From Prorocentrum cordatum (taxonomy: Eukaryota): a stretch of DNA of 64,000 bases. The stretch is taken from assembly GCA_963575745.1 (NCBI GenBank), contig CAUYUJ010000203.1:124001-188000 (forward strand), read 5' to 3'. The translations under genes and the position numbers were made by a program. Numbering within the stretch: the stretch's first letter is position 1; every line of letters begins with the position of its first letter. Shown here in pieces: positions 12,801 through 25,121 of this stretch. The notes under the pieces are model-generated. The model did no database searches, was not told the origin of the DNA, and saw nothing but the letters and a program-made list of their open reading frames with translations.

Positions 12801-15800
12801 CGTTCCCCCAGGAACTGCATCCTACCGTAAAGGCATACACCAGGAGGGGAAGAACACACTGCCACAATGGAGTTGATCATCCACGCCCAGGAACATCTGG
12901 GAAGATACCGGCGGTGGGGGGAAGACGAACACCCATGGAAAAAACATTGGAAGCATATGAGGGATCCTGGGAGTTGTCTTTCTTCATTGGCGTACCCCCG
13001 GGCCCCTTCCAGCCGCGTGCATATGTCCGGAGGTCCGCGCGGATTCCTGGGGTCGACGCTGCGCCTCCCCCTCTTGGCGCTGCAGAGCCCGCCAGGGGCG
13101 GCGCCGGAGGCGCCGCCAGGGGGGGCCAGCGCCGCTCCAGGAGATCAGCGCGCAGCGCGAACCTCCGAAGTTCGGCGGCGAGCGAGGGGGGGGGGAGTGA
13201 GAAGGGTCGGGGTCGGCAAAGAGGGGGGTGATGACTAGGGGGGGGGGATATCATGGCGTGGGCCATGATATTTCCCCCCCAGATGTCATGGCGCCTCTTC
13301 TTGTTTCATTACGTCCCTGACCCCCCCGCTGGGCCGCGCACATGCCGCCGGTCATGATTTGCACCCCCCCCCCCCTCTTGGACCCCCCCCTCTTGGCCGC
13401 TCCCGAAAGGGGGATGGCCTTCTCAGAAGGCAGACTTCTCAGAAGCCCTCGCGCCTCCCGAGAAGCTGTGGTTCGTCCTCGGGGAAGGCTGTTGGACAAC
13501 CTCTCAGAAGGCCGGGGGACGTCCGCCCCTTTTCACTTCCCCCCCTCGCTCGCCGCCGAGAAGTGCTGTGCTCCTGTCATGGTGTGTCCCTCGATCCAAA
13601 CGCCCGCCCTGGGCCCAAGGCTGGTTCTGGCCAGGGCCCCGTGCTGGTGCGCAGAGTTGGAGTAGGAGATCGATTACAGAGTTGTTTGATCCCCAAATTG
13701 TTTTTTGTAGGTCTACGCCGTCTCTACGTAGACATTCTATGAATACTAAAATAAGGCTCCGTCGATCTACGAACATGATGCTCGTATACCGACGAAGCCT
13801 CAGCATTTGTTTGTGGATCTGGCGGGGAAAAATCATTTGGGGGTAGATCAATTCTTCGGGGAACGAGCAAAGACATAAGCATAAAAACTCGTAGGTCCGC
13901 GCGGATTTCTCGGATCGGCGCTGGATCCCCCTCCCCGGCTCGCGGAGCGCGCCAGGGGCGGTGCCGGAGGCGCCGCCATGGGGGCCCCAGCGCGGATCCG
14001 AGAAATCCGCGCGGACCTCAGAGTTTTTACGTTTATGTCGTTCTGCGTTCTCCTCACACCGCGTCGGGCATCTCAATTCTGCAGCCGATCTCCTGCTCGA
14101 CGCGTTGCCGTCGTCCCGCCTCGCGGCGGCCGTGCTCGCGGCGGCGGCCTCGCTGGGCCTCGGCGGGGTCCGCGCGCAGGGGTCCAGAGAGGCGGGCCGC
14201 CTCCTCTCGCTGCAGCGCGACCTCGTGCAGTTCCACTGGGTGCACGACATGGCCCGCTGCGTCGGCGTGGGCGGCGGGCCGGAGGGGGCCAGGACTGAGG
14301 GGTTGATCTTCCACCACCACCGCCATGAGCTGGAGGGGGGAGGGAGGTGGATGAGGAGGAGGAGGGGGAGGAGGAGGCGGAGGACCCCCTCCCCCTCCTG
14401 CTTGTGGCACAGGCCCACCAAGGACGGGTGGCCGCGGAGGAACATTGGGGAACAACCAATGACATGAACATACAAACTCGGAGGTCCGCGCTGGACCCCC
14501 CTGGCGGCGCCTCCGTCGCCGCCCCTGGCGCGGGACGGGGGTCCAGCGCGGATCCGAGAAATCCGCGCGGACCTCCGAGTTTTTATGCTTATGTCATTGC
14601 TCGTTCCCCGAAGAATTGATCTACCCCGAAATGATTTTCCCCCGCCAGATCCACAAACAAATGCTGAGGCTTCGTCGGTATACGAGCATCATGTTCGTAG
14701 ATCGACGGAGCCTCATTTTAATATTCATAGAATGTCTACGTAGAGACGGCGTAGACCTACAAAAAACAATTTGGGAATCAAACAACTCTGTAATCGATCT
14801 CCTAGGCTTCGTCGGTCTACCCACTGCCCCTTGCCTCGTGTTTTCGCCTTTCTGGGCCTCCCGGGAGCCCCTCGTCGCCACAGCGTTCTAGTCAGAAGGC
14901 GCCCTGGGGGAGCTCCGGGTGGACAGAACCCCCAACAGTGACACGTCGATTAGTGAATTGTCCGTTTTCGGTTCTCGAGAGGGCGCCGTGGCCGTTATTT
15001 TCCAGGCTTGCGCCCACCAGGTTTGGGCCTCAGGTCGTTTTCACTAAACCACGTTTTACTAAAGGGGGGTCTGTCCATCCCCGAAATTGGCTGTGTCGGT
15101 ACCTTCTGGTTCCCCCAACAGGCGGGCAAGATTTGTATCCACATCCACTGCGTCCTGGAGTTTCGGATTCCGTTCCCCAGGAGATGCGCAGTGGATGTGA
15201 ATGCGAATATTTGGTTTCTAGAGGCTCGATCTTTCTCCATGTCCACTGCGCCTCGGCTTTTCGGCGCCCCTGCCCAGAAAGTCCAAGACGCAAAGGATAT
15301 GGATATAAATCTGTCCCGCAAGGAGAGGTGCCAGTCTCGTGCTCACCAGCTGCGCGGAGGCGCCGCTGGTGTTCACGATGCCCGGGTTGGAGGACAAGTT
15401 CATCCGAGTGGCCGGGAGGCCAGACCTTTGCGTGCATAGTCCTTTGGAGACGCCGAAGCTGCGCTTGTGGAACTGCAGCGAGTATTTGAACATGCAGTTT
15501 ATCTTGCAGGCATCCCCCGGGAACCGTACCAGGGGGTCCATCCGTGGGCTCTGGAATTCGACCATGTGCATGGGCGCCTTGCAGGACAGGGTGGGTGAGC
15601 CGATGGAGATGCACGAGTGCACGAACAGCACGACCGACTTCTTCATGATGAATCTCGTGCTCGAGGGGTCCCTTCTGGGCGCAGCGCTGGACCCGGACAG
15701 CGAAGTGCAGGCAGATGCTGGAGGGGCCGGCCCAGGGTTGAGGCTCAGATCCGGGGTCGCCAAGGCCAAAGCTGCGATCGACGAGGCTGAGGCCCTGGCG

Positions 15801-16396
15801 GTGTCGATCTTGACGCAGGCGGCCAGCGGCGCCACGCAGGCGGTGACGAACGCCACGGAGGTCGTCGAGGCTTCTCTGAGGGAAGCGGGGGCGATGTCGG
15901 CCGGGGCGTCAGCGATCCTCCAGAATGAGCTCAACAGGACAGGGGAGGCCGTGAGGAATTGGGTGCGGTGGCACTGAGGGTTCGCCGCTTTGCCGATGCG
16001 GCATGGCCAGGCGTCCCCGTGGCAAGCCTGCCCTTCTACAACAGCACCAGGGCGCAGGACGCCCCGGCGTCCCCCTGCCCCTTTCCCCCCCCCCCTCCCC
16101 CCCTCCGTAAGCTGTACACGGTCAGTCCGTGCCGCCTCAGTTACAGCGCTTCAGTTCGACTTCCGCGAAGTGGAGGTCGACGAACAAAAAGTCGGTCCGA
16201 GCCGTCGTCGCGCACCTTGGGGCCAGGAGCATGTTCACTATATCATGCTATGCCTGTCCACCCCGGTGTGGGAAATGACGGCCCAAACACTGTGTGTATG
16301 CGTGTGTGTGTACATATATATATATATATGCATACATGTATACATATGTATGTATATACATACCTGTATATAAAAGTGCATGTATGTATGTATGTA

Positions 16397-16427
<31 letters not shown>

Positions 16428-16454
16428 GTGTGTATGTATGTATGTATGTATGTA

Positions 16455-16515
<61 letters not shown>

Positions 16516-19500
16516 GAATGTATGTATGTATGTATGCATGTATGTATGTATGTATGTATGTATGTATGTATGTATGTATGTATGTATGTGAGAAAGAGCG
16601 CGTTCTGTGGTCGCTTGGAGGGGGGGGGGTCGAAACCGACCCCCCCCCCTGGATGGAGTCCCCCCCCACCCGGGACGGGGGGGATTCAAACCCCCCTCTC
16701 CCCCCCTTCCCTCCCGTGACGGGGGGGGTTGGGTTCGAACCTCCCCCCTTTGCTTCCCCTCTCCTCGGTCCGGCGCTTGCGTCGGCGGCGGCTGGCGACG
16801 GCGGCGGGGACCACGATTTCAATTTCTGGGCCGGCGCCTGCGCCCTCGGCGGCGGGCGGCGGTGGCGGGGAGCGTCGACGAGGACGACGGTGGTGGTGGT
16901 GATGGTAGTGGTGGTGGATTGTGGTGGTGGTGGTGGCGGTGGTGGTGGTTGTAGTGGTGGGGGTGTGGTGGTTTGTCGTGGTGGTGGTGGGTTGTGGCGG
17001 TGGGTGGTGGTGGTGGTCGTGGTGGTGGTGGTGGTGGTGGTGGTGGTGGTGGTGGTTTGGTGGTGGTGTGGAGTTGGTTGTGGTGGTGGTGGTGGGTTGT
17101 AGTTAGTGGTGGTGTTGGTGGTGATGGGGTGGTGGGGTGGTGGTGGTTTGTGGTGGTGGTGGTAGGTTGTAGTGGTGGTGGTGGTGGTGGTGGGGTGGTG
17201 GTGTGGTGGTGGTTTGTGGTGGTGGTGGTGGAGGTGGTGGTGGGTTGTGGTTGCGGCGGTGGTTTGTGGAGGTGGTGCTGGTGGTGGTGGTGGTGGTGGC
17301 GGTGGGGGTGGTGGTGGTGAAGTGGTTTGTGGCGGTGGTGGGTTGTGCTGCTGGTAGTGGTGGTGGTTGAGGCGGCGGTGGTGGTGGTATTGTGGCAGAC
17401 TGGTGGTGGTGGTAGTGGTGGTGAGTTTTTGTGGTGGTGGTGGTGATGGTGAATTGTGGTGGCGGTTGTGGTGGTGTGGTGGTGGTTTGTGGTGGTTCGT
17501 GGTGGTGATGATGGGTTGTGGTGGTGGCGGTGGTTCGTGGACGATTGGAGGTGGTGGTGGTGGCTGTGGTGTCGGTGGTGGCGTGGTGGTTTGTGGTGGT
17601 GGTGGTGGTGGGTTGTGCAGCTGGTAGTGGTGGTGGTTGTGGCGGTGGTGGTGGTGGTGTGGAAGACTGTGGCGGTGGTGGTTGTAGTTGTGGGTTTTTG
17701 TGGTGGTGGTGGTGGTGGTGGTGAGTTGTGGTGGTGATTGTGGTGGTGGTAGTGGTGGTGGCTGTATGGTGCTGTTGTTGGTGGTGGTGGTGGGTTGAGG
17801 CGGTGGTGGTGGTGGTAGTGGTGGTGGTGGGGGTAGTGGTGGTAAGCGTCGCTGCGTCCCCGCCGTCGCCGGCGCCAGCTCCGGCGCTGCTGGCCGCCAG
17901 CGCCGGCGCCGGCGCGAGGGGGGGGGGGGGGTGAACCCACCCCCCGGCGCTAGGGGGGGCGGGGGCGGGGGGGGGGTTTGAACCGCCCCCCCGCCCCCCC
18001 CCTTTGGGCTGGCTCTGGCCATCGTCGCTGCGTCCCCGCCGGCGCCGAAGGGGGGAGGTTCGAACCCCACCCCCCCTTGGGAGGGGGGGGGTCTGGGGGG
18101 GGGGCCCACCCCTCGGTTCGAAACGCGCCGCCGACTGTTCCCCAGGCAAGCGCCCGTGAAACGCGCTCTCTCGTAGGTCAACACCTGTCTTCCCGAGAGG
18201 TGGCCGGACGGTCATGCATTATATGCGTTGGCCTGTGGCGCTCTTCTTGCGAAGCCCCATGGGGCAGGGCCCAGATACCTCAGCGCATAGACACGCGGTT
18301 CTCGGCGGTCGGCCGTGTGAGTGTGTTCGCTCGGGGCAGCAGGCCGCTGGCCAGCCCGCGCGGGGGCCCACGCGGCGGGGATATCCCCGCGGCGTCCCAG
18401 CGGCGGGGGGGGGGGCCAGATGCCCCGCCTGCCGAGGCGGGGGCCCCAGGTTTCCCTGCCGGCCCTCCGATGGCTTGTGATGCTCCAACTTCCTTTAGCG
18501 ATGAGAGCAGCATAACCCAAGGCCTCTGGAGGCAGAGCGTCCCCAAGAATTGATGTTCGCTTGGGGGGGGCCTCTCTGGGGCCCTCCTGGCGGATCTGTT
18601 CGACTCCAGTTCGGCTCCACTTCGGCTCCAGCTCGACTCCAGTTTGGCTCAAGCTCGGCTCAGGTTCGACGCGAGTTCGGATCGAGTCCGACGCAGCATC
18701 GACGCATGAGAGGAGCGATTGGCTCTAGGAGGGTTCCCCGAGAGATCATCTAACCCAAACGGCCAGATTCTTCGAACTCCAAGCCTGGATCCTGGGGACC
18801 TCCCCTTCTCGAACCTCGAGCCTCCGCTTCGAAGGTCGCAGGGTCGCAAGGCCGCAGGCCCGCTTCGAGCGCCAAGCAAAGAATCAAGGCCAGCAGACGT
18901 GTACGCGGGTCTCCCCGGTGCCAGCAGAGGTCTCCAGAGGCCCCCCAAAAGGTGAGAGGGGGAGCTCGCTGGTCGCCCTCCCGAGGCATCTCGAGGCCCA
19001 GGGGCGTCCGCCCGAAAGCCTTCCGAGATGTCCACATGTGGCCTGACCAGTGCAGGCCGCAGTTTGGCATCGTTTTTGGTATCTCTTGGAAGCGAGGGTG
19101 GTCAAAAGCGAGGTAGGTTTGTTTTCTCCTTAAATGGGGGCGCCAGCGCCGGCACGACGGCGGTGGCGACGGTGGCGCGCGAGGTGGTCGCGAGGCGGCG
19201 ACGCGACGCGACGCGACGCGGCGGCGGCGGCGGCGGCAGGCGGCGGCGGCTCCCTCCGCCCGCCGCCCCGAGCGCCCGCGAGGTGTTCCACGGGAGCCTC
19301 TTCAGCGGGAACTGCGTGCCGGCGCGGCCCCCGCCTCCTGTCCCTGGGCCAGGGGTGACGGGAAAGAGCGGGGGCGAGGCCTCGGTGGTTCGGAGATGGG
19401 GTCCTGAGGGATTCAGCGAGCGAGGAACGGTATCAAAGAAACTCTCCGCCGTCGGGGGCACCTGCCCCTGGGCGGCTGGAAAGTTTATACCCCTACGGTG

Positions 19501-20566
19501 CCCCGTAAGGGTATAAACTTTCCAGCCGCCCTGGGGCAGGTGTCCCCGGCGGCGAAACAGTTTATGTTATACCGTTCTTCGCACGTTAAGGGATGGGGTC
19601 CTGAGGACGAGGTGCCTCAAGCAGTGTGAATCCGTGTTTGAATCCCAGCCGATCCGTGTGTCCCTATCCCTCCTGGCCCCATCTTTGGAGCGCCCAAGGG
19701 TGGGAGGCTCCAGCGATCTGTGCACCTGCACCGATTCTGGACCAGCCCATCCTGCGCCCTGGATCGGCGCATCTATTTGCAACGCACGGCTTGGTGGTAC
19801 CAGTGCGATGGATAGTGGTCAACATGTTGTTTGCCTGCGCAGTTGCCGACTACCCAAGCAAGCCTGATCGTACTTGTGCAATCTGCAAGAAGGTTGGCCT
19901 TTTTGCAGACGGTCCACGCAGGGCTCCCACCCTGCTCAGCACCGTTTGGGATTACGAGATGGTGGTCAGTAGGTTCGGATCCAGAATGTGATGGTGAAAA
20001 CTATTTCTGCACACCGACCTAATCACTGGCGCAGTTTGGAAACAGGCCGAGCGGCGTAACCGCCACCCCCGGATAATAAAGTCCCCCCCCTTTCCAGCCT
20101 GAGAGTTTATGATCCCCGACCAATACAGATTTGGTCGGGGGAGTGGGGTGGCAAGGCCGAATTGTAGCATCGCCGGGGAAGGTGCGAATCGAAGATGCTA
20201 TCTTCTTATCTCCATTAGCAACATCACCAAAAGCGTGTGGCATGGCAATTGGTGTCTCACCATTTCAGCTTTCGCGAGTCACGAACGTGTGGCACGGCAA
20301 TGGGATTCTCACCATTTCATTTTTCCCAAGTCACGAACGTGTGGCAGGGCTTTGGGGTTTTCACTTTGACAAAGGTCTTCTATCCCTGGCCCCCGTCCCG
20401 AACTTCTTTGCCCCGGATTGTTTATCACAAGAAACGGCCCACCATGTATTCTTACACATACAATTTGGTTATATTAATCAAAACCTGTGATCCAGAATTC
20501 GATTTGTTGTTGGAGATTTGGTCCTGGGGCCTCCCTCCGCTCCCTCCCCTTCTCCTCACTTCCTAT

Positions 20567-20598
<32 letters not shown>

Positions 20599-20981
20599 TT
20601 ACTACTACGACTACTACTACTACTACTACTACTAGTCCTAGTACTACTACTGCTACTAGGACTACTATCACTGCAACTATTATTATTACTACTACTGCGT
20701 CTCCTACTACTCTACTACTACTACTACTACTACTGCTACTACTACCGTCAGTACTTCTACTACGACTACCTCTACTACAACTACTGCTGCGACTACTATC
20801 ACTACTTCTACCACTACTACTATGACTTCTACTACTACTATTTCTACCACTACGACTTCTAGTAGCACTACGACTGCTAGTACTACTACGACTACTACTC
20901 CTACTGCTGCTACTACTACTACTACTACTACTACTACCTCTCCTACTACTACTACTACTTCTACTACTACTACTACTACCT

Positions 20982-21017
<36 letters not shown>

Positions 21018-21194
21018 TTACTACGACTTCTAGTACGACGACTATGAGGTTGTTGACGACTGCGACGACGACTAGTACTTTTATTTTTACTATCACTACT
21101 ACCACGAATACTACGGCTACTACGTTTTTATGACTAGTACTTTTACTTCTACTACGAGACCGACCACTACTACGAGTACGACTACGGACTACGG

Positions 21195-21226
<32 letters not shown>

Positions 21227-21332
21227 TACTATTACTACTAGTGCTACTTGTGCTACTTCTACTGCTATTTCAATTCCTACTACTACTACTACTACAACTA
21301 CCGCCAGTGCTTCTACTCGGACTAATACTAGT

Positions 21333-21372
<40 letters not shown>

Positions 21373-21386
21373 TTACTACCACTACG

Positions 21387-21437
<51 letters not shown>

Positions 21438-21463
21438 GCGACTACTACGACCACTACTATTCT

Positions 21464-21502
<39 letters not shown>

Positions 21503-21824
21503 TACTACTACTACTATTACTACTGCTACTTTTACTACTACTACTACTGCTACTACCACTATTACTATTACTACTACTACTACTACTACCACTACTACTA
21601 CTACGATTACCACTACTACTACTACTACTACAACTACTACGACTACTACTACCAGTGCTTCTACTCGGACTACTACTCGTACCACCACTACTACTACTAT
21701 TACTACTACTACTACTACTACTACTACGACTACTACTACGACTACTACCACTACTGCTACGACGACTACGACGACTACTACTATTTTCACTACTACTACG
21801 ACCACTACCACTACTACTACTACG

Positions 21825-21922
<98 letters not shown>

Positions 21923-21992
21923 AACTACTACTCTTACGACTACTACTACTACTACTATTACCACCACTACTACTACTACTACTACTACAACA

Positions 21993-22023
<31 letters not shown>

Positions 22024-22232
22024 GTGCTACTTCTACTAGTGCTTCTACCCGGACTACTGCTAGTACCACCACTACTACTACCACCACTGCTACTACTACT
22101 ACTACTACTACTACGACTACTACTACTACTACTACTACTGCTACTACTACTACTACGACGACTACTACTACTACTACGACTACTATTACGACTACTACGA
22201 CTACTACTATTTTCACTTTACTACTATTACTC

Positions 22233-22263
<31 letters not shown>

Positions 22264-22278
22264 AACTATTACTACTAC

Positions 22279-22312
<34 letters not shown>

Positions 22313-22338
22313 TCTACTACTATTACCAGTATTACTAT

Positions 22339-22369
<31 letters not shown>

Positions 22370-22590
22370 GCTACTACTACTACTTCTATTACCACTACCA
22401 CCACTACTACTACTACTATTACTACTACTACTACTACTAGTACTACTACTACTAGTACTACTACTTCTACTAGTACTACTACTACTACTACTATTACTAC
22501 TACTATTACTACTACTAGTACTACTACTTCAACTACAACTACAACTACAACTACAACTACAACAACTACTACTACTACTACTGCTACTAG

Positions 22591-22643
<53 letters not shown>

Positions 22644-22875
22644 TTACTACTACTACTACTACTACTAATACTACTACTACTACTAGTACTACTACTTCTA
22701 CTAGTACTACTGCAACTACTACTACTACCACTACTACTACTACTACTACTACGTCTAGTTCTAACTGCTACTGCGACTACTGCTTCTACTGCTACTACTA
22801 CTTTTACTTCTACGGCGACCTACTACTAGTACTACTGCTGCTGCGAATGCTTTAACTATCCCTGCTACTACGACG

Positions 22876-22908
<33 letters not shown>

Positions 22909-23064
22909 GCTCCTACTACTACTGCTCCTACTACTTCTGGCGAGGAGCGCCAAGGATCTCGAGAGCGCGGGCCAGCTTTAGGATGTGCAGAGTGCAGGCA
23001 GGGATATCATCGTCATCATCATCATGATCATCAACACCATCATCATCATCATCATCATCAACAC

Positions 23065-23109
<45 letters not shown>

Positions 23110-25068
23110 GAAAGTCCTTCACGCTGCGATCTGCCGGTGAAATGTTTCTTTCCACCCCTGGACTCCGAAACTTTCTATCCCCAGGGGTTTCCTATCAGGG
23201 GCAGGTGGTTCTATCATTTCCGTGGGCCCAGTCGGGCCTGGCCAGGGCAAGTGCACGTCCGACAGCAGTTCCTGACCACTTTGACTACGATTCGCTGCCA
23301 GTGTGGCCGTGGACTGCTTGCCATTCGGGACAATTGCCGCCTGTCCAGGAGGGGCCGCTAACGCTTTTGGACAGCATTCGCTGAAGGTCGTCGTCCCTCT
23401 CTTTGTTCCGTCACGTCCCTGTTTCGGGCGGGCCAAGTAGAGGACGTCGACGTCGACGACTCCGCGATCGAGGTCGGCCGAGGCTCGAGGGTCGAGGAAA
23501 TGAATGGTTTTGCATGGATTTCGGCCCCGCTGGCTCTGGTTCGGGGTCCAGGGACTCCAAAAAAAATCGATCCGCGACCAAAAACAAGGGCAAGGTTGAA
23601 CCCCTGGAAAGCCTGGGCCTGGGGCCTGCTTTCAACAAGACTTGGATCGAGGTTCGAGACTTCTAGGCCTCCTAAATGGTGTCCGAGTAGATTGGGTCGG
23701 AGAATCGTGCCGCATCGCCGATGTATCGACGATGCGGCTTGACGTGGAGCTCGTGTTTCCCCACTCCACTGTCGCCGATGCATCGCCGACGTTACCGATG
23801 CATCGCCGATGCATCGCCGATTCATCGGCGATGCATTGGCGATGCGGCGCGATCCTTCGACCCCATCTACTCGGACCCTATCTAGGAGACCTCTACGAAT
23901 CGAGGACGTTGACCACGTCGGCGTCTTTGTTTCGGAGGCTTGCTGGGCGATGCGGGAGGTTCTCATCGCCACGGCTGGACGCAGCTTGATCAGCTGGCCA
24001 GGGCACACCAGATCCCAGGAGGGGGCGGGGGTATCGATCTGGAGCGGACTCGGGGATGCCGCAATGAAGGCAAGGAAGGGGTCGTGAGAGCACGCGGGTG
24101 AGCCTTTTATGTGCCGCGCTCGGTCTTCCCATTTTCCCTATCTTGCACGCGGGCCACTCAGTCGTTCGGTTGCCCCGATTTGCCACACGCTGGAGCGGAC
24201 CGCCTCTGCCGCGCCGCCGACGAACAAAGAGTGCTCGGCCTTCCCATTCGGACCGTCGATCACGTGTGAGCTCGCCGCTTGGGCACCACCGCCAGGCAGA
24301 CGGCGAAGGCTCGTCTTCGTCGAGCGTGCGCAGCCCGGTGCGACTGGCGTCTGCCAGCCACGGGACCCCGTGGGCCTGCTCCTCCGTCGGCGTCACGCTT
24401 GCCGTCGTCACTCCGAGTGACGACGGCGAGCGTGACGGCAGGGGAGCAGGCGGCTGGGCCGAGTGACTCCGGTTCAGCGGCAGGGGCAGGCGGCGCGCGA
24501 CAGTGCGAGAACGCGCGGGCGTTCTACGATGCCTTCCCAAGTCCCCGTTTCAGGAGGTCGGCATGTTGATTTGTTCTGCAACTCAAAATCGTTGCGGCTC
24601 CTTGGGTCTGCACGCCCGAGATGGGCACTGAAAGAATGGGCACGATGCCCAACAGCAGTTCCTGTTCCTCTTGAACAGGACTCGCTGTCCGCGCCGCCGC
24701 GGCCTGTGTCCGTTTGAGGCAGGAGGCCGCCTGCCCGACAGCGGCCGCTGTTGGTTCGGGACAGCATTTGCTGTTGGGCATGGTGCCCATTCTTTCGGTA
24801 CCCATTTCGGGCGTCCAAAATTGGGGGGGTGCGGCCTCGCAACACTCGAGGGAGGGAGATCCACCCCGACCCCCACGGGTGGTGTTTGCTGGGCGGCCCC
24901 GGGCGTCGGCTCCACGGCCCTGCCGCGTGTGGCCTCCCCCCCTCACTCGGCGGCGGGTCTGCTGGGCGCCCTCGCTCGTGGGGGTACCTGCTGTAATGGT
25001 GGCTGTTCGGCCTCCTCCTCCTCCTCCTCCTCCTCCTCCTCTTCCTCCTACTCCTCTCTTCCTGCTCA

Positions 25069-25121
<53 letters not shown>

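Noticed and set aside
18643..18653. TTTGGCTCAAG, the 3' half of DinoSL
   Set aside because: Lies inside a cgactccagttcggctcc tandem repeat and lacks the 5' half, so probably chance
16238..22731. Very long ORFs (648 aa Pro/Thr/His-rich, 385 aa poly-Leu, 344 aa poly-Val)
   Set aside because: Translations of (GGT)n and (CTA)n microsatellites
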